From: an uncultured Selenomonadales bacterium
GTDB lineage: Bacteria; Bacillota; Negativicutes; Selenomonadales; Selenomonadaceae
Reading direction: 5' to 3'
DNA: 64,000 nucleotides
Assembly (NCBI GenBank): GCA_946183785.1
Contig: CAMHCS010000003.1
Location: 317-64,316, forward strand
Shown: positions 1 to 7,601 of the stretch, piece after piece
How the letters are laid out: every line of letters begins with the position of its first letter
How positions within the stretch are numbered: position 1 is the stretch's first letter
Notes under the pieces: model-generated
Database searches by the model: none
What the model was told of the DNA's origin: nothing
The model's input: only the letters and a program-made list of their open reading frames with translations
Position numbers and translations under genes: made by a program

Positions 1-219
1 CTTTCCACGCGGCTCAGTGAATGGATGCTGGCGGGCGTTTCTCATATCACGTTTCTGATCGGCGGAGCGTTCGGCCTCTCTCCCGCCGTCCGAAGCGCGG
101 CGCGGCTGCGCCTTTCTTTGTCGAAGATGACCTTTACGCATCAGATGGCAAGGTTATTGCTGACGGAGCAGATTTATCGCGCGTTCAAAATTATGCGCGG
201 GGAAAAATATCACTGGTAG
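1..219 (+). CDS. rlmH: 23S rRNA (pseudouridine1915-N3)-methyltransferase RlmH, C-terminal part (5' end lies outside the window)
   Basis: Frame-1 ORF is open from base 1. Translation ITFLIGGAFGLSPAV...LSLSKMTFTHQMARLLLTEQIYRAFKIMRGEKYH matches the conserved RlmH (SPOUT) C-terminus. Confidence 0.85.
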   Translation, partial: LSTRLSEWMLAGVSHITFLIGGAFGLSPAVRSAARLRLSLSKMTFTHQMARLLLTEQIYRAFKIMRGEKYHW

Positions 220-222
220 CAA

Positions 223-325
223 AGGAACCACTGAACAAGTCCCGCCGTTCCCCTGCCGGGTCTTTTCCCAGCCAGACGAAAAAATCCCTCGACAGGGACG
301 CGGCTTGACCTATTCAGTGGTTCCT
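223..325. repeat. 13-bp perfect inverted repeat enclosing 77 nt, between the convergent rlmH and permease genes
   Basis: AGGAACCACTGAA at 223-235 and its exact reverse complement TTCAGTGGTTCCT at 313-325. An inner hairpin TCCCT-CGAC-AGGGA lies between them. Confidence 0.6.
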
Positions 326-366
326 AAAAACGGCGTCTGTCAATGGAAAAGACGGGTGCCGTTCTG

Positions 367-1596
367 TTATGTCATTGTAAACCATGTGTATATGCTGAAA
401 ATCGTCAGCAGGACGATTTCGCCAAGCAGGACCGGACGGAGTGTGCCGAAGAAGTTCGCACGGAAATAGTCTACTGTGACCACGAGGCACATATGTGTCG
501 GCGTCAGCATTTGCCCGGCTACGCCGAAGGCCATTGCGATGCCTGCCAGATCCAGATTGCCCGTGCCCATCGCCGCGACGATCGGCATGACGATGGCGAC
601 GTGGCCTTGCGACATGCCTGTCAGTACGCCGATGATTAAGGACACGCAGGCGATGATGACCGGCACGGGCAGAGGCGACGTCCGGAACGCTTCGACGATT
701 TCGGGCAGCACGCCGATTACGGTTAGTATCTGGATAAAATAAAGGATGCAGAGCACGTTCAGCAGCATTTTTTTGTCGAGTGCGCCGGCCACTGTTTCCT
801 TTACGGAGACGAATCGCCCCGAGGCGCGCAACACAAAGAACAGCAAAAATGTCACCAATCCCATGGCAACAGACGCGTTCATGTCGAGAAATACCGCCAA
901 CAGGAACGTCGAGACCACAGGGGAAAGCGCGAGGATGAGATCAGTCGTTTCGCGCTTTTTTTGCGCCCCCTCAGATTGGGGCTTTTGTTCGGCAGGGAGG
1001 CGGAGCGGGCGGATCAGGATCAGCCAGCCTATAGAGAAGGCAAGAATCGTCAGCCAGCTCAAATGCTTCAAAAATTCGCTGAAGGGTACGTCAGCGATGT
1101 TGCAGGCCATAATCATGCCGGGAATGATCGGGTTGGAGAACTCGAAGATGTGGCGGAACCAGAAATTAATGGCGGATTTGTGTTCCTGCGGGATTGAAAG
1201 CTCCGTGGAAAGCTCGTCCACGATCGGCGCTGAGAAGCGCGCGCCGCCTAAAGAAGGCAGCAGGCCGAGAAACGCGGGCATCAGGGCGAGGAGCGCTTTC
1301 GCACTGGAAAAAACGCGCCGGAGTGCGTTAACCATGCCGGACAGAGTTCCGCTTATGCGAAGTTCGATCTCGAGGCACATGACGAAATAGAGCGCCAGTA
1401 AAATATCGTACGTGCGCGAAAGAGAAAGGGTCTCTTTCATCGCGATGAAGAGCGAGAGAACTTCCCCTGATTTCACGAGCCAGAGCAAAAGCCCGCCTGC
1501 CAGCATGCACGGCCCGATCGGGACGTGTTTTCGGAGCAGCAGGACAATCAGGAGAAACGCCGCCGCCAGCGGAAGAAAAACAGTCATTACAAACAC
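367..1596 (-). CDS. Multi-pass integral membrane protein, putative permease (DUF401-like; family assignment from memory only)
   Basis: 409-aa ORF that is hydrophobic throughout, with about 10-12 predicted TM segments. Alternate-frame ORFs on the + strand look like compositional artefacts. Confidence 0.6.
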   Translation of the reverse strand: MFVMTVFLPLAAAFLLIVLLLRKHVPIGPCMLAGGLLLWLVKSGEVLSLFIAMKETLSLSRTYDILLALYFVMCLEIELRISGTLSGMVNALRRVFSSAKALLALMPAFLGLLPSLGGARFSAPIVDELSTELSIPQEHKSAINFWFRHIFEFSNPIIPGMIMACNIADVPFSEFLKHLSWLTILAFSIGWLILIRPLRLPAEQKPQSEGAQKKRETTDLILALSPVVSTFLLAVFLDMNASVAMGLVTFLLFFVLRASGRFVSVKETVAGALDKKMLLNVLCILYFIQILTVIGVLPEIVEAFRTSPLPVPVIIACVSLIIGVLTGMSQGHVAIVMPIVAAMGTGNLDLAGIAMAFGVAGQMLTPTHMCLVVTVDYFRANFFGTLRPVLLGEIVLLTIFSIYTWFTMT

Positions 1597-1614
1597 CTTG
1601 CCTAGCTGAATGGT

Positions 1615-2703
1615 TTATACATTCTCCCACGTATACTCCGGCAAAAGTACCTTTACCTCTTCCGTTTCTTTTATCAGTCCGTCGCGGAGCAGGCGGGCGA
1701 GGACAATATGCGTGGAAACGATCTGGCTTTCCGCGAAGCGGCGGACAATGTCGAAGGAGAAGTCGCCGTTTTCGACGAGGCGGCGATAAGCTTTTGCCGG
1801 AATCAGCACTTCGTCGGTGAAATTGTCGACGTACGTTTCGGCGGGGTTCTTGAACGAGAAATCGACAAAGTTCGCATTGCCGTTCACGATGCGGCTGATC
1901 TCGCGGAACAGTGCGAACCAAAAGACGTCCTGCCGTTCCTTTCGCGCTGTCAGGCAAAGCATACCCCGGCCATTCGGGAATTTTCGGACGAAGCCGCGCA
2001 CCGGGGCGCCTTCGAAGGGAGGGACGAGTCGAAAAGCGATGCCGCAGGCGGCGAAAGCCTTGCCGAGCAGGAACGGAAGCTCCGATTCCTTGTAGAGCAT
2101 CAAATGCTTGATAGCGGGCAGACTGTCTCCGAGCTTTTGTATATCCATGACGGGCGCGGTCAGCGCGTTTTCCGTCAGGCGCTCGCACATTTGCTGCCAT
2201 GCAAGCAGAACATACGGATCGATGTCGTCTTCGCAGCCCCGGTGCCGGAGACGGGAGACGGCGGTTCCCGTGATTTCCGGAATCACGCGGAGATCGCTGA
2301 CGCCCATGAATCGTCGAAGCTTCAATATGGCGTCAACATCGTCGGCCAGATCGTCCAACAGTTTGTATTTTCTCAGAATGGGAATGACGGTGAGCAGGCG
2401 CAGCGGAATTTCCATCTCCTCAGGATGGACGCCGGCGCGTTCTTTTCGTTCGAAGCAGGCCTCGTCGTATCTCACCTGCATATCGAGCCATTCCAGCGCC
2501 GGGAGGCCGAATACGCATTCCAGCCGCTTCGCGAAGGGAAGGGAGACGTCTCGCGATCCGTCGATGACGGCTGCAATGTGCTTTTCGGAAACGCCGACTC
2601 GAAGGGAGAGTTCCTTTCGCGACATGTCAACGAGGTCGAGCATAGCTGCCAGTGTCGCGCCCGGATGTTTGATTCCGGCGTTCGCGTCGGTGCCGTTCAT
2701 CAT
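1615..2703 (-). CDS. XRE-family HTH protein with a C-terminal ImmA/IrrE-like (DUF955-like) domain carrying a degenerate metal motif
   Basis: N-terminus LAAMLDLVDMSRKELSLRVGVSEKHIAAVIDG is a classic XRE HTH. The region FWFALFREISRIV aligns by eye to the HExxH segment of ImmA/IrrE, but both His are replaced by Arg. Confidence 0.6.
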   Translation of the reverse strand: MMNGTDANAGIKHPGATLAAMLDLVDMSRKELSLRVGVSEKHIAAVIDGSRDVSLPFAKRLECVFGLPALEWLDMQVRYDEACFERKERAGVHPEEMEIPLRLLTVIPILRKYKLLDDLADDVDAILKLRRFMGVSDLRVIPEITGTAVSRLRHRGCEDDIDPYVLLAWQQMCERLTENALTAPVMDIQKLGDSLPAIKHLMLYKESELPFLLGKAFAACGIAFRLVPPFEGAPVRGFVRKFPNGRGMLCLTARKERQDVFWFALFREISRIVNGNANFVDFSFKNPAETYVDNFTDEVLIPAKAYRRLVENGDFSFDIVRRFAESQIVSTHIVLARLLRDGLIKETEEVKVLLPEYTWENV

Positions 2704-2848
2704 CGACCCCCCTTTCTGTTTTCTTCCTCATCCATATTTCAGCAATATAATTGTATAGGAATTGTTATGTTTGTCAAGGTGCGGCCTTGCGTCCTGCCGC
2801 GAAAAATAGTATTATAATAAGAACATTTATAATGGGAACGGAGCAGGT

Positions 2849-3646
2849 TTGGCCTCCGTGAGAGGAAGGCGCAGAGTGGAGCGGTTGTTTGAAGGCGTCG
2901 GGCAATTTGTGATTCGATGGCTGCAATATACTGGGGAGGTCGTTTTGCTGCTGGCGGAGACAATCCGTCAGCTCAAGCGGCCCCCCCGTATGCGTCATGT
3001 CTTTGGGCAGATGGCGCATCTTGGCGCAGATTCGCTGCCTATCGTGGGACTGACGCTGCTTTTTACGGGAATGGTCATGACGCTCCAGATTGCCCACGAG
3101 TTTATTCGCTTCGGTGCGCAGTCGACCATTGGCGGCGTGATTACCATCGCTATCGGGCGCGAGCTCGGGCCGGTGCTGGTTGGCGTGGTAGCGGCAGGGC
3201 GTGTGGGCTCGGCTATCACGGCTGAAATCAGTACGATGAAGGTCACAGAGCAGATCGACGCGCTCCGGGTCATGGCGACGAGCCCTATCGGCTATCTGAT
3301 CGTGCCGCGTATGATTGCCTGTATGGCGATGGTGCCGATGCTGACGGTTTTCGGCGACGTCATCGGCATCTTGGGGGGCTGGCTGATTGCCACAGGGTGG
3401 TCCGGGATTTCTTCTTATTTGTATTGGAATTCCATCACGAATTTCGTTGTGGTACACGATATCACCGGCGGCCTGGTCAAGGCGGCGGTGTTCGGCATGT
3501 TCATCGCTGTGCTCGGTTGCTACTGCGGGCTGAAGGCGCCTGCAGGGGCGGAAGGTGTGGGCGTCGCGACGACGCGTTCAGTAGTCAGCGCAATCATCGT
3601 GATTTTTATCATGAATTGTTTTCTTTCATTGATTTTGTATAAGTGA
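2849..3646 (+). CDS. mlaE: Mla-type phospholipid ABC transporter permease MlaE
   Basis: 265 aa. Motifs GADSLPIVGLTLLFTGMVMTLQ and GRELGPVLVGVVAAGRVGSAITAEISTMKVTEQIDAL are typical of the MlaE/Ttg2B family. TTG start with GGAG 7 nt upstream; GTG alternatives at 2858 and 2876. Confidence 0.88.
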   Translation: MASVRGRRRVERLFEGVGQFVIRWLQYTGEVVLLLAETIRQLKRPPRMRHVFGQMAHLGADSLPIVGLTLLFTGMVMTLQIAHEFIRFGAQSTIGGVITIAIGRELGPVLVGVVAAGRVGSAITAEISTMKVTEQIDALRVMATSPIGYLIVPRMIACMAMVPMLTVFGDVIGILGGWLIATGWSGISSYLYWNSITNFVVVHDITGGLVKAAVFGMFIAVLGCYCGLKAPAGAEGVGVATTRSVVSAIIVIFIMNCFLSLILYK

Positions 3647-4389
3647 TGGAGCGTCCTATGATTGAATTGAAGCATGTGGACAAATCCTTCGGGGAAAAAC
3701 GAGTGCTGAAGGGCGTAAGCTTTCGCGTGGAGGACGGCGAGACGCTGGCGTTGATCGGCGGCTCGGGCTCCGGCAAGAGCACGCTGCTCCGGCTGATGAT
3801 CGGCCTTGATCGTCCGACGGCGGGCGAAATCTGGATCGACGGTACGGAGATTACACGTTTGGCCGAGGACGAACTTGACGAGGTACGTCTCTCGATGGGC
3901 ATGGTGTTCCAGTATTCTGCGCTGTTCGACTCAATGACCGTCGGGGACAATGTGGCGTTTGGCCTTCGGGAGCATACGGATTTTTCGGAGGAAAAGATTC
4001 AGGATATTGTTCGCGAGAAGCTTTCCTTGGTGGGTTTGCCGGACGCGGAGGACATGATGCCCGGCGAGCTCTCGGGCGGCATGAAGAAACGGGTGAGTTT
4101 GGCCAGGGCCCTGGCTTTCGGCCCGTCAATCATTTTCTACGACGAACCGGATTCAGGCCTTGATCCCGTGATGACGCGAAAAATTGACGACCTGATTGTC
4201 GCGACACAGGAAAAACTCGGCGTAACGTCCATTGTCGTGACTCACGATATGGAGAGCGCGTGTCTTGTGGCAAACCGGATAGCAATGTTGTACGAAGGCG
4301 AAATCATCGCGATGGAGAAAACGGAAGATTTTCGGCGGCTGAAGGACCTGCGGGTGCGGGAATTCCTCGGCAGCTTCGCGATAGAATAG
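3643..4389 (+). CDS. mlaF: Mla-type ABC transporter ATP-binding protein MlaF
   Basis: Walker A GGSGSGKST, signature LSGGMKKRVSLARA, Walker B IIFYDEPDSGLDP. Overlaps the mlaE stop. Start could be GTG 3643, ATG 3646 or ATG 3658. Confidence 0.9.
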   Translation: MMERPMIELKHVDKSFGEKRVLKGVSFRVEDGETLALIGGSGSGKSTLLRLMIGLDRPTAGEIWIDGTEITRLAEDELDEVRLSMGMVFQYSALFDSMTVGDNVAFGLREHTDFSEEKIQDIVREKLSLVGLPDAEDMMPGELSGGMKKRVSLARALAFGPSIIFYDEPDSGLDPVMTRKIDDLIVATQEKLGVTSIVVTHDMESACLVANRIAMLYEGEIIAMEKTEDFRRLKDLRVREFLGSFAIE

Positions 4390-4408
4390 AAAGGGCGGGA
4401 AGATAGGC

Positions 4409-5683
4409 ATGTCAAACGAAGTTAAGGTCGGCGCATTTACCTTGTGCGGTCTGGCGCTTTTGGCGGTGATGTTGATTGGACTTTCCGGCGTCACAATGTT
4501 CGGTCCGAGCCAGTACACGATTTACGTGACCTTCCCCGAGGTCATCGGATTGAACCCGGCGGCGGAGGTGCGATTCGCGGGCGTGCTCGCGGGCAAGGTG
4601 AACAGCGTTGAGACCGAGGGAATGCACGTCCTGATCACTATGTCAGTCAACAATGATATCCGCATTCCTCACGCCTCGAAAATCACGGTCAGCTCCAGCG
4701 GCTTCCTCGGTGAGAAATACATCAATATCCTGCCGGCGCGGGACACAGGCGTCTATCTTGACCCGGACGATCGCGTGGCCGGTACGCCCGAAGAAAGTAT
4801 GGAAACGGTAATGGCGAAAATGTCGGTGCTGATCGATCAGGCCCATGAGATGCTGAACGGCATCAACTCCGTCATCAATAATCCCGATATGAACGCTTCG
4901 CTCGTTGCCACGGCGGTCAACCTGAAAGACATCACAGGTAACGTTCGCGAGATGACCGGAACCTTCGCCCGTATGGCCGCCCACAACGAAAGCGAGATCA
5001 ACCGCATGGTGCAGCATCTGTCCATGCTGTCGGTGAGCCTTGCGGGCGCAGCGCAGGAAGTTGAGCTCATGGTAAAAGACTTTTCCGGCGACGGTGAAGC
5101 GGCGGCAAACCTGCGGGCGACAGTGGCGAACATCGCGACCACCAGTGCGCGCATTGACAATATGGCGAAAAGCCTCGAAGGCGTCGTGACCGATCCGAAG
5201 ACGACGGAAGACCTGAAGGCCATTCTGCACAATACCCGCCAGGTCACGGAAAAAGCGGACAAGATGATGAGCGGGCTCGGCGGCGGTGCGATAAAGCCCA
5301 GCCTTGAAGTTATGTACAGCGGACAGGAAAGTAACTGGCGCGCGAATTTCGATGTGACGGCAAACCTGTCGGACAAGAACATGTTCAGGATCGGCGTGAA
5401 TGAAATCGGCGAGGGCAATCGCTTCAATCTGCAGGCGGGCCGCAAAATGGGGGCGCTGACGGCAAGAGCCGGCATCATCGACAACGAAGTCGGCGTCGGC
5501 CTCGATGCCGACGCAGGCGATCGCTGGCGCTTCTCTCTTGACGCCTACGACCTGAACAATATTCGTCTTCGCCCGAGAGCCAGCGTTCGTGTGGCAAAAA
5601 GCACCTATCTGTTCGGGCAGGTGAACGACGTAAACGACGGCGACCGAAGAGCGACCTATGTCGGCGTCCGGCAGGAATTTTGA
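4409..5683 (+). CDS. mlaD: Long MlaD/MCE-domain protein with a helical region and a beta-rich C-terminal extension
   Basis: 424 aa. N-terminal TM VGAFTLCGLALLAVMLIGL, then an MCE-like domain (YVTFPEVIGLNPAAEVRFAGVLAGKVNSV). Long helical middle, and a C-terminal ~130 aa with alternating hydrophobic pattern ending YVGVRQEF. Confidence 0.85.
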   Translation: MSNEVKVGAFTLCGLALLAVMLIGLSGVTMFGPSQYTIYVTFPEVIGLNPAAEVRFAGVLAGKVNSVETEGMHVLITMSVNNDIRIPHASKITVSSSGFLGEKYINILPARDTGVYLDPDDRVAGTPEESMETVMAKMSVLIDQAHEMLNGINSVINNPDMNASLVATAVNLKDITGNVREMTGTFARMAAHNESEINRMVQHLSMLSVSLAGAAQEVELMVKDFSGDGEAAANLRATVANIATTSARIDNMAKSLEGVVTDPKTTEDLKAILHNTRQVTEKADKMMSGLGGGAIKPSLEVMYSGQESNWRANFDVTANLSDKNMFRIGVNEIGEGNRFNLQAGRKMGALTARAGIIDNEVGVGLDADAGDRWRFSLDAYDLNNIRLRPRASVRVAKSTYLFGQVNDVNDGDRRATYVGVRQEF

Positions 5684-5694
5684 AGGTTTTGATG

Positions 5695-5733
5695 AACACG
5701 CAGCTTTGGCGAAGGGGTTGCGTGTTTTCTTTT
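5695..5733 (+). terminator. Intrinsic terminator after mlaD
   Basis: Stem AACACGCA (5695-5702) / TGCGTGTT (5719-5726) followed by TTCTTTT. Confidence 0.6.
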
Positions 5734-5780
5734 GTTGGGAAAATTTCAGGCAAATCTTGACCTTTGGGGCAAAGTTTTGT

Positions 5781-5809
5781 TTGCACAGATGGAAAAAAAG
5801 CGCTACAAT
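5781..5809 (+). promoter_or_regulatory. Sigma-70-type promoter upstream of the TolC-family gene
   Basis: TTGCAC (5781-5786), exact 17-nt spacer, TACAAT (5804-5809). Confidence 0.55.
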
Positions 5810-5856
5810 AAGTATACGTTGAAAAATGGAAGGTACGTTTACAGGGGGAAGTATTG

Positions 5857-7458
5857 ATGAGACGCATCAAGAAACTGCAGAAAGCGCTTGCGGCACTGGC
5901 TGTCGCAGGTTATATGGGCTTTGCCGCTTTGGGGACGGCACAGGCCGCGCCGATCGTGGAACTGACGCTTCAGCAGAGCATCGACATGGCGCTCGCGAAC
6001 AATCGCACCATCAAGGAATCGGCGGAAGATCAGGCGCAGGCGTACTGGGCGCACCGTCAGGCGCGCCGGACGGCAGGGCCGACGCTTTCGTGGAGCGGTA
6101 CGGGAAGGTATCAAGCGGGACATCAGGCGAACGACGCAGGGATTCGAGCGAATTACGAATTTGCCGGACTTCATAGTGACAGGTTATATACTAATTCGGT
6201 GCAAGTATCTTTCCCACTTTACACTGGCGGAAAGATAGAGAACAGCATCGAAGCAGCGGAGCTTGGACGCGACGCGGCGGATTTGATGCTGGAAGCCACA
6301 CGGCAGGGGATCAAGGAGCAGACCACGGAAGCTTATTTCCAGATTCTCCAGTTCCGCAACCTGATTCAGGTCAACAAGGAAGCGGTCGATACGCTTCAGG
6401 CCCATCTCGACAACGTCAATGCCCAGTACCGCGTCGGCACCGTCGCGAAGTCGGACGTACTGCGCTCCCAGGTCGAGCTGGCGAACCAGCAGCAGAACCT
6501 TGTTACCGCGCAAAACAATTATGACGTGGCGGTCGCGACCTTCAACAATATCGTGGGGCTTCCCACGGACACCATCGTGGACGCGAAGGAAGACCTGTCT
6601 TATACGAAATATGACATTTCGCTTCCCCATTGCACGGATTACGCGCTGATTCACCGTCCCGACGGGATCGCGATGGAGCGCGCCTGGAAACGAGCCGAGG
6701 CGCAGATGAAGATGGCAAAGGCTGGCTATCGGCCAACGGTTAACGCATCGGTATCGCGTGCATGGTCTGGGGATGAACCTTTTTCGACAAACACAGTGAA
6801 CTTGAATGGGGTAAATGACGGCACCACGACGATGCTTTCAGCAAATTGGAATATCTTCGACAACAACGTGACCGAGGCGCAGGTCCAACAAGCGAAGGCC
6901 TCCATGCGGAAAGCCGAGCAGCAGCTTTATGAGACGCGGGAGACGATTCAGCTGGACGTCCGCAAGGCGTATCTGAACCTTCTCGCGGCGGAGCAGAATA
7001 TCCACACTACGAAGGTGGCCGTCGATCAGGCGCAGGAAGATTACAAGATCGCGCAGGTTCGCTACAGCGCCGGCGTCGGCACGAACCTCGACGTCATGGA
7101 CGCCGAGTCCAAACTGATCCAGACGCAGACGACCTATATCACCGCGCTTTATAATTACAATACCAACAAGGCGGCTCTTGATCAGGCCATGGGCCTCAAG
7201 GTGGAGCTGGACGTCGCGAACTATTACAAGGGAGCAATCGACGAGACGATTCCGGTGCGGCCGTCCATCGACACGTCGAGGAACCTCACGGCGGCGGACG
7301 CGGGCGTTGTTTCCCCGGTCATCGTCCATCTGCCAAACGCCGAGCGTCCCTCGGAGACGGTCATGGCAGGCCTTTACGCAGCAAAAGAGGCAGCCGCACA
7401 GGCGGCGGCAGCCCAAGCGGCGGAACCGACAGAACCCGCTGCGAACGAAGAAGAATAA
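5857..7458 (+). CDS. tolC: TolC-family outer membrane channel protein
   Basis: Signal peptide ALAALAVAGYMGFAALGTAQA. Two internally similar halves with coiled-coil/beta repeats typical of outer membrane factor proteins. Low-complexity A/Q/E-rich tail. ATG 5857 follows a GGGGGAAG RBS; TTG at 5854 is an alternative. Confidence 0.85.
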   Translation: MRRIKKLQKALAALAVAGYMGFAALGTAQAAPIVELTLQQSIDMALANNRTIKESAEDQAQAYWAHRQARRTAGPTLSWSGTGRYQAGHQANDAGIRANYEFAGLHSDRLYTNSVQVSFPLYTGGKIENSIEAAELGRDAADLMLEATRQGIKEQTTEAYFQILQFRNLIQVNKEAVDTLQAHLDNVNAQYRVGTVAKSDVLRSQVELANQQQNLVTAQNNYDVAVATFNNIVGLPTDTIVDAKEDLSYTKYDISLPHCTDYALIHRPDGIAMERAWKRAEAQMKMAKAGYRPTVNASVSRAWSGDEPFSTNTVNLNGVNDGTTTMLSANWNIFDNNVTEAQVQQAKASMRKAEQQLYETRETIQLDVRKAYLNLLAAEQNIHTTKVAVDQAQEDYKIAQVRYSAGVGTNLDVMDAESKLIQTQTTYITALYNYNTNKAALDQAMGLKVELDVANYYKGAIDETIPVRPSIDTSRNLTAADAGVVSPVIVHLPNAERPSETVMAGLYAAKEAAAQAAAAQAAEPTEPAANEEE

Positions 7459-7474
7459 CAGGGGTTGCTATATG

Positions 7475-7510
7475 GCAGGCAAGTACCGATACGGTATTTG
7501 CCTGCTTTTT
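7475..7510 (+). terminator. Intrinsic terminator after the TolC-family gene
   Basis: Stem GCAGGCAA (7475-7482) / TTGCCTGC (7498-7505) followed by TTTTT. Confidence 0.65.
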
Positions 7511-7523
7511 AATGTGGCTTTCA

Positions 7524-7552
7524 TTGACAAATCGCGCCTTTCGCCTTAGAAT
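7524..7552 (+). promoter_or_regulatory. Sigma-70-type promoter upstream of tamB
   Basis: TTGACA (7524-7529), 17-nt spacer, TAGAAT (7547-7552). Confidence 0.6.
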
Positions 7553-7601
7553 TTGAATGGTTATCATGGGAGGAGTATGGCAAAAAGGAGGGAGCCCGGC
7601 G

